Source: an uncultured Flavobacteriaceae bacterium (lineage in GTDB: Bacteria; Bacteroidota; Bacteroidia; Flavobacteriales; Flavobacteriaceae). From it: a stretch of DNA of 64,000 bases. The stretch covers positions 4,560 through 68,559 of the forward strand of contig CAXYEG010000027.1 in NCBI GenBank assembly GCA_964275995.1, in the 5' to 3' direction. Shown here piece after piece: positions 60,847-64,000 of the stretch. The position numbers were made by a program, and so were the translations under genes. How positions within the stretch are numbered: the stretch's first letter is position 1; the number at the start of each line of letters is the position of its first letter. A model generated the notes under the pieces. The model had not been told where the DNA came from, ran no database searches, and saw only the letters and a program-made list of their open reading frames with translations.

Positions 60847-61896
60847 TTAGGATATCTCTCCACTAATGCTCAGTTCAAACATCTCTTTGAAGTCTTTAAA
60901 ATCAGTTTTCATTGATAATAAAAACATTGATTTAATTATTGCAGACTCTAAAGTAATATCTTTTCCAGAAATAATATCTAGCTCAACAAGCTTAAATGAA
61001 GACTCATATTTTTCCATCTGCACACTTCCTTTAGGACATTGTGAAACGTTTATAATGTATTTTCCTTTTTTTATGGATGATTTTAATTCATCGATGAACC
61101 ATTTAAAATCAAACATATTTCCGGATCCATAAGACTCAATAATAACTACTTTGGAGTAATTATCTGAGAACATATGCTTTACATTTTGCTTAGAAATACC
61201 AGGGTATAATCTTATTACAGAAACTCTATCATCAAGTTTGTTATAAAAAATTGTATTAGAGTTTAGGGGTTTATATAAATCTTCAAAATTAATTTTTAAA
61301 TCAACTCCTGATTTTGCAAGTTCAGGGTAGTTAAAACTTGCATATGCTTTAAATTGGTCAGAGTTCACTTTAGTAGTCCTATTGCCACGAAAAAGCTTAT
61401 TGTCAAAATATAAACAAACCTCTTTAATCAAATTAGTTTTTTCAGATGAAGAACAATCATTATCAAAATCGTGAATAGGTCTAGCTAATTGAATTGATGT
61501 AATCAAATGCTCTTTTGCATCTGTCCTTAAATCCCCAAGAGGCAATTGAGACCCTGTTAAAATAATTGGTTTAGTTAAGTTTTGAATTAAAAAACTTAAG
61601 GCTGATGCTGTATAACTCATCGTATCTGTGCCGTGAAGAATAACAAATCCATCAAAAGAATTATAATTAGTTTTTATTATTTCAACTAATTCGATCCAAT
61701 TTTCGATTGAAATATTTGAAGAGTCAATTGGATTATTTATAGATATAGTTTCTAATTGGCAATTAAGTAATTTAATTTCTTTAACCCTATCTAAAATATT
61801 TTCAAAATTAAAGGGTTTCAAATAAGGTTGTCCAGCCTCTTTGATCATTCCAATTGTACCACCAGTGTATATTAACAATATTTTTGATTTTTTCAT
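60847..61896 (-). CDS. ansA: type I L-asparaginase
   Basis: 349 aa. LLIYTGGTIGM and HGTDTM motifs. Confidence 0.9.
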   Translation of the reverse strand: MKKSKILLIYTGGTIGMIKEAGQPYLKPFNFENILDRVKEIKLLNCQLETISINNPIDSSNISIENWIELVEIIKTNYNSFDGFVILHGTDTMSYTASALSFLIQNLTKPIILTGSQLPLGDLRTDAKEHLITSIQLARPIHDFDNDCSSSEKTNLIKEVCLYFDNKLFRGNRTTKVNSDQFKAYASFNYPELAKSGVDLKINFEDLYKPLNSNTIFYNKLDDRVSVIRLYPGISKQNVKHMFSDNYSKVVIIESYGSGNMFDFKWFIDELKSSIKKGKYIINVSQCPKGSVQMEKYESSFKLVELDIISGKDITLESAIIKSMFLLSMKTDFKDFKEMFELSISGEIS

Positions 61897-62663
61897 ACTT
61901 TTATCTTAAATAATTCAAATGCATTATTTGTAGTGATTTTGATTATTTTTTCAGCGGGGATTTCATAAACATCAGTCAATTTATCAATAATTATTGACAA
62001 GTAAGAACTCTCATTTCTTTTACCTCTAAAAGGAGTCGGTGCTAAATAAGGGGAATCTGTTTCAAGAACTAAATTTTCTAAAGAAATTTTATTTAAAAAT
62101 TTATCAATTTTTCCATTTTTAAAAGTAACAACTCCACCAATTCCTAATTTCATATTAAAAGATATTGCTTTCAATGCCTGTTCGTAATTACCACTAAAGC
62201 AATGAAATATACCTCTAAGTTTTTCTGATTTTTCTTTTTCTAATACCTCAAAGATCTCGTCAAAAGCATTTCTGCAATGAATTACAATTGGCAAGTTTAG
62301 ATCTTTAGCTAATCTTATTTGAGATGCAAATGCTTTTTTTTGAATATTTAATGTTGATTTATCCCAATATAAGTCAATACCAATTTCTCCAATCGCAATA
62401 ATAGGATGATTTTCTAGTACTTTTTCAACATGACTTAGTTCATCTAAATAGTTGTCTTTTACACTACACGGATGTAAGCCAGCCATAAGATGCATAATTT
62501 CTGGATATGCATTTTTTAAAGCAATCATAGAATCTGTATGCGAAGAATCTATAGCCGGAAGAAAGAAATTATTAATTTTTAAATTTAGAGCGCGATTAAT
62601 TACAACGTCTATATCGTCTGCAAATTCTTTTAAATATAAATGAGTGTGTGTATCCGTAATCAT
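61893..62663 (-). CDS. tatD: TatD family metal-dependent hydrolase
   Basis: 256 aa. N-terminal DTHTHL, EIGIDLYW, and HCR and ETDSPYL motifs. Confidence 0.9.
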   Translation of the reverse strand: MITDTHTHLYLKEFADDIDVVINRALNLKINNFFLPAIDSSHTDSMIALKNAYPEIMHLMAGLHPCSVKDNYLDELSHVEKVLENHPIIAIGEIGIDLYWDKSTLNIQKKAFASQIRLAKDLNLPIVIHCRNAFDEIFEVLEKEKSEKLRGIFHCFSGNYEQALKAISFNMKLGIGGVVTFKNGKIDKFLNKISLENLVLETDSPYLAPTPFRGKRNESSYLSIIIDKLTDVYEIPAEKIIKITTNNAFELFKIKV

Positions 62664-62708
62664 TATTTAGTAAAGGTATAAATACTTGCTAAATAATGAA
62701 TAAGATTT

Positions 62709-63925
62709 TTACAGATCTAAAGAAGATTTTATGTTGTCATTCATTAAGAGCTCAACTGGGCTCTCTAATGCTTCCTTAATTGCAACTAAGAACCCGACAC
62801 TTTCTTTACCGTCGATAATTCTATGATCATAAGAAAGTGCTAAGTACATTATTGGACGAATTTCAACTTTACCTTCAATTGCAACAGGTCTTTCAACTAT
62901 GTTATGCATTCCTAATATTCCACTTTGAGGTGGATTAAGAATTGGAGTTGATAGCATACTTCCAAAGACTCCACCATTTGAGATAGTAAAAGTTCCTCCC
63001 GTCATTTCATCAACGGTAATTTTTGAATCTCTAGCTCTAATAGCTAACCTCTTAACTTCAGTCTCCACTTCTTTAAAAGACATTTTTTCTGCGTGTCTTA
63101 TCACTGGTACCATTAATCCTTTTGGTCCAGAAACAGCTATACTTATATCGCAATATTCATAACTTATCATTTCCTTTCCATCAATCATTGAATTAACAGC
63201 AGGAAATAATTTTAATGCTCTAACAACAGCTAATGTGAAAAATGACATAAAACCTAAACCAACATCATGTTTGGCTTTAAAATCTTCTTTATATTTTGTT
63301 CTTAATTCAAATATTGAAGACATATCTACTTCATTAAAAGTAGTCAACATTGCTGTTTCATTTTTAACTGTAACTAGTCTTTCAGCAACTTTTCTTCTCT
63401 AAGCATTGAAAGTTTAGTCCTAGTTTCTTTTTCTCTCACTAGTCATGGATGGAGAACCCATTGATGGTTTAGAGTTAACAGCATCATCTTTAGTTACTCT
63501 ACCATCTTTCCCAGACCCAATAATATTAGCAATTTCTAAATTGTTTTCAGCAATAATTTTTTCTTGCTGATGGAACTTGCTATATGAGATTTAGTATTTG
63601 ATTCAGCTTTAGATATTTCAATTACAGGTTCATTTACTTCGTTTTTTATGTTTATTTGGTTACTTGCTTCAGTCTTTAAATCATTTACTGCGCTTGTATC
63701 AATCAAACAAACTACTTGTCCAACATCAACAGCGTCTCCCTCTTCAGCTTTTAAAGTAATTGTACCGCTTTCCTCTGCAGGAAGCTCTAAGGTAGCTTTG
63801 TCACTATCAACCTCGGCTATAACTTGATCTTTTTCCACATAATCTCCATCTGAAACTAGCCAGGTAGCAATCTCAACTTCCGTTATAGATTCTCCTGGGG
63901 ATGGAACTTTCATTTCTAAAATCAT
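62709..63925 (-). pseudogene. sucB: dihydrolipoyllysine-residue succinyltransferase (2-oxoglutarate dehydrogenase E2), frame interrupted about four times in the linker/PSBD region
   Basis: The lipoyl domain fragment 63536..63925 carries VDSDKATLELPA. The catalytic fragment 62709..63350 carries SYDHRIIDG. Between them a complete subunit-binding domain and linker can be read only by hopping frames: PSARK, then IIAENNLEIANIIGSGKDGRVTKDDAVNSKPSMGSPSMTSERK, then [10 protein letters not shown], then [25 protein letters not shown]. Confidence 0.85.
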
Positions 63926-63949
63926 AATATCTTGTTTTTATATAGTATT

Positions 63950-63980
63950 ATTATTTTTGTCTTTGATTATTTTTGTCTTT
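63950..63980. repeat. direct tandem duplication of a 15-nt unit (period 16)
   Basis: attatttttgtcttt at 63950-63964 and again at 63966-63980, separated by a single g. Confidence 0.8.
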
Positions 63981-64000
63981 ATCAAAAACATAGTCAATTA
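63951..64000 (-). CDS. 3' end of an upstream gene, possibly 2-oxoglutarate dehydrogenase E1 (by position only)
   Basis: The open frame reads ...IDYVFDKDKNNQRQK then TAA (63951-63953). Only 16 codons are visible. The sucA call rests solely on the usual sucA-sucB adjacency. Confidence 0.25.
   Translation of the reverse strand, partial: IDYVFDKDKNNQRQK

Overview
This 64 kb window is strongly AT-rich (GC not computed). It reads as core chromosome of a Flavobacteriia-type (Bacteroidota) bacterium, and nearly all of it is densely packed housekeeping genes.

Main content, left to right:
- a small regulator / membrane protein / lipoprotein cluster (PadR, a winged-helix regulator, a truncated PspC-like gene)
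- a cytochrome oxidase accessory cluster (ctaB, two subunit III genes, subunit IV, a Sco-like paralog, SCO, DUF420, a small CxxC protein)
- tonB, vanZ-like and gcvH
- the 2388-aa T9SS/gliding protein SprA
- ruvA, maeB, queG and ruvB
- cytochrome oxidase subunits I/II directly downstream of a complete alternative complex III operon (actABCDEF)
- a SPOR protein
- tRNA-Gln followed by rimP-nusA-infB
- a 1079-aa DUF2723 (GT-C type) membrane protein
- a Cys-less thioredoxin-fold protein and a metallophosphoesterase
- a sugar MFS transporter plus glycosylasparaginase
- polA; rplM-rpsI; rpsB-tsf-pyrH-frr
- an RND/MMPL exporter, asnS and rpoN
- an exbB-exbD-exbD cluster, tRNA-Ser, ansA, tatD, sucB and the last codons of a probable sucA

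Bacteroidota-type -7 promoter boxes (TAnnTTTG) sit at sensible distances upstream of many genes. I found no transposase, integrase, CRISPR array, restriction/defence genes or other island-like content, and no convincing novel multi-gene system.

The most striking feature is 13 single- or double-base frame disruptions in five otherwise well-conserved genes (actF, polA, tsf, pyrH, sucB). They cluster in four local patches and often sit at short homopolymers. Sequence or assembly error is the leading explanation, because tsf and pyrH are essential.

Secondary points of interest:
- a GC-rich intrinsic terminator in the rimP-nusA-infB leader behind a tRNA gene
- an in-frame TAA cutting a Lys/Glu-rich repeat tail off rpsB
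- a PolA 3'-5' exonuclease domain lacking three of its four catalytic carboxylates
- Cys-less thioredoxin and Sco paralogs
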